In this document: positions 61,873-64,000 of the stretch, piece by piece | Layout: every line of letters starts with the position of its first letter | How positions within the stretch are numbered: the first letter of the stretch is position 1 | From: Amphiscolops sp. MND2022 | Taxonomy: Eukaryota | DNA length: 64,000 nt | NCBI GenBank assembly: GCA_964187785.1 | Contig: OZ076409.1 | Span: 82,896,001 to 82,960,000, forward strand | Reading direction: 5' to 3' | Made by a program: the position numbers and the translations under genes | The notes under the pieces: model-generated | Database searches by the model: none | What the model was told of the DNA's origin: nothing | Seen by the model: the letters and a program-made list of their open reading frames with translations, nothing else

Positions 61873-64000
61873 AAAACCTCCGAAGAAGAAATTCATTCAA
61901 ACACGCGTGGCCGTCTGTTATTTGGACTTTTTTGAGTAAAGGTAATGACGAATCGATACGAAGGTGGAATTTACTACCCATTGAAATAAAAGAATGTTGG
62001 CTACACAACGAAAGTATGGAAATACCCACTTCCAAAAATTCAACAAATTTTATTCATTTGTCCCTATTGAAAGACATTACAAAAAACTTGAAATTTGAAA
62101 AAACTCTTTCAAACAAAATTGGACCAGCGCTGAGATGATGGCCAAACTCGAAGAACATTATTTCCCCATTGTTAAATGCCCCGTTGGTTGTTGGGAGGTA
62201 TTCGATGACAGTGGAAAAATTTCTTTCAAGCACCAACCTTGCTCACTATTTTTCCGGTTTTAAATCGTTTAATGCCAATTCTTAATTGTTGTTGACTGGA
62301 TTAAGGAAGGACTGTTTGACGTTCGAGAAACTGTTTCCTAATGATCCCGAGTTGCTGATGGCGATTTATTCTTGTCAACATGTCGTTATTATGATGGAAA
62401 AATTGAGGAACAGTATGTTCACATTCCAAAATCGCCGTTCCAAAGAAAGGTTGGTAATTCAGAAGAGCGTTTCGCTTCTGCCGTCTTGACCAACCGTACT
62501 CTCAAGCCATTTCGTGAAAATTTTTCACAGGCTATTTACAAAATGTACCATTGGGATGCCTTCAAAGGAACTTCCACCTGTTCGATTAGTGAGACCCGGC
62601 ATTTCGACATTAATGAAAACTCTCAACTGAATGAATGCTTGTATCTGAAAAATCAATAAGATACGATGCAGGTTTTCAAAAACATGGTGGAAGACGGTGA
62701 AACTACTTTTCATTTTGCAGAGCAGCTCTTGAAATTAGTGGATGAGTTTGAAGTAGATGTAGAATCTGAGTTATGCAACTCATCCTTTGTGCCTTTGGGG
62801 TATGCAGCATTCATGAAAAAGGTAATCAATTTCAGTCTAAACTTATTAGCGATGACAGTGAAGAGCAAATGATCAACAGTGACTCGAATGATCCAATTGA
62901 CGAAGCACATACTTCTTCATCGCCTATTACCTTCACGCAATCCGAAATGACTTCAAGTGCAGTAGTTCATTTCCCTGAGGTAACTGTCAAATCAATTATC
63001 ACTAAAACGGCGGGTGTTAGAATGTCAAACTCGAAATTAGCATGCGTAAAGTCCTTGAATAAATCGTTAGGTGCGCCCCCTGTTGTGATTCCTGTAACAT
63101 CACGTGATTGTAAGAGTTTACTCATTTTGGCATCGAATTCGTTATCTTCTTGGACAAGCTTCTGGACAGTCACACCAAAAAACCGAACGAGGTTAACTTT
63201 CGAAGTTTGTCAGGTTTCACTCACCGGAGAAGTAAAGATTACGGTGAACGTACAAAGATTCTCCTCTCAGTGTTGTCTACGTTTATAGAAGATATAAACT
63301 TGTTTACATTGTTGCAGTCCTTGAATTTTGTCGAATGTATACGCGTACAAAAGAAGTTTTCTCCAATTTGAAGTTCTCTGAACAACAAACTACCGAATTG
63401 AATGAGCAATAATCGAAGTTGGCATCGGAAAATCTACATGGGCAAACTAAATTCCGGTGCGGAGATAATGATTTGCTCCCAGCTACTGACTTTCCTAATT
63501 CACAGCATGTTTGTCAATTGGCACTCAACATGGCGTTGTCCCCATAAGCATTGCAAAACTGCAGTTTGTCGGAAACACTTCAAGAATAAATTACAAAATT
63601 TCAACATGATCCCTGTAACTGGCAAAACTAAAGAAGCAGAAACAACTCAATTAAATTTCCATTCCGACGATTTGCACGTTGAAACAGATATTCTCAACGA
63701 AGCTGCTGTTTCTTCTGAAAAACACAGGATAAAACCTTACTTCGATGACAATTTACCAATTGGATTTTCCTAGGGACCCACAGATGCAGGATTGTTTAAA
63801 TGTATTTCGAGTTGAAGAAAACCTTTGACTCCGATTCAGGATTAATTGATTCCAACGAAAAATTGGAAGAGTTGATGATATTGGCCAAAAGGTTCTGACA
63901 CATGATTGTGAAGAAAGTGATTACCGATGTCAGAAAAAGTGCAATGATTTCGGACAGGCTGTCTGTCTATTCAGGGTCTACCAACCGTGTGAAGAAACTT
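61873..64000 (+). pseudogene. Decayed long ORF continuing from ~42500-43106 across the LTR insertion
   Basis: Chained plus-strand fragments with stops and shifts: AWPSVIWTFL, WNLLP, VKCPVGCWE, YVHIPKSP, CPHKHC, VCRKH; a reading frame runs open across the reconstructed empty site. Confidence 0.55.

Overview
Eukaryotic (intron-containing, AT-rich, invertebrate-like animal) genomic DNA; the organism cannot be named from sequence alone. The left half (1-37 kb) holds a run of co-oriented minus-strand spliced genes: a probable globin first exon, ATP6AP2-like, Pellino, MRPS22-like, TMCO1 and a partial multi-pass membrane protein. Their introns and spacers are filled with non-autonomous repeats, mostly with Helentron/DINE-1-like architecture, and there is an intact 2,321-bp hAT transposon (8-bp TSD). 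The right half is dominated by a young 18,762-bp Ty3/Gypsy-type LTR element (43107-61868; 268-bp LTRs differing at 2 positions by my comparison; GTAC TSD). It has a ~1.9-kb leader carrying seven copies of a covarying stem-loop, a fused gag-pol, an 856-aa envelope-like ORF with class III (herpes gB/chuvirus G-like) fusogen motifs, and three accessory ORFs I cannot assign. Its pol is broken by a nested 305-bp element and two frameshifts, and the whole element sits inside an older decayed ORF. This complex retrovirus-like element and its leader hairpin array are the best candidates for an undescribed system. All homology calls are by eye from remembered family motifs; no searches were run.
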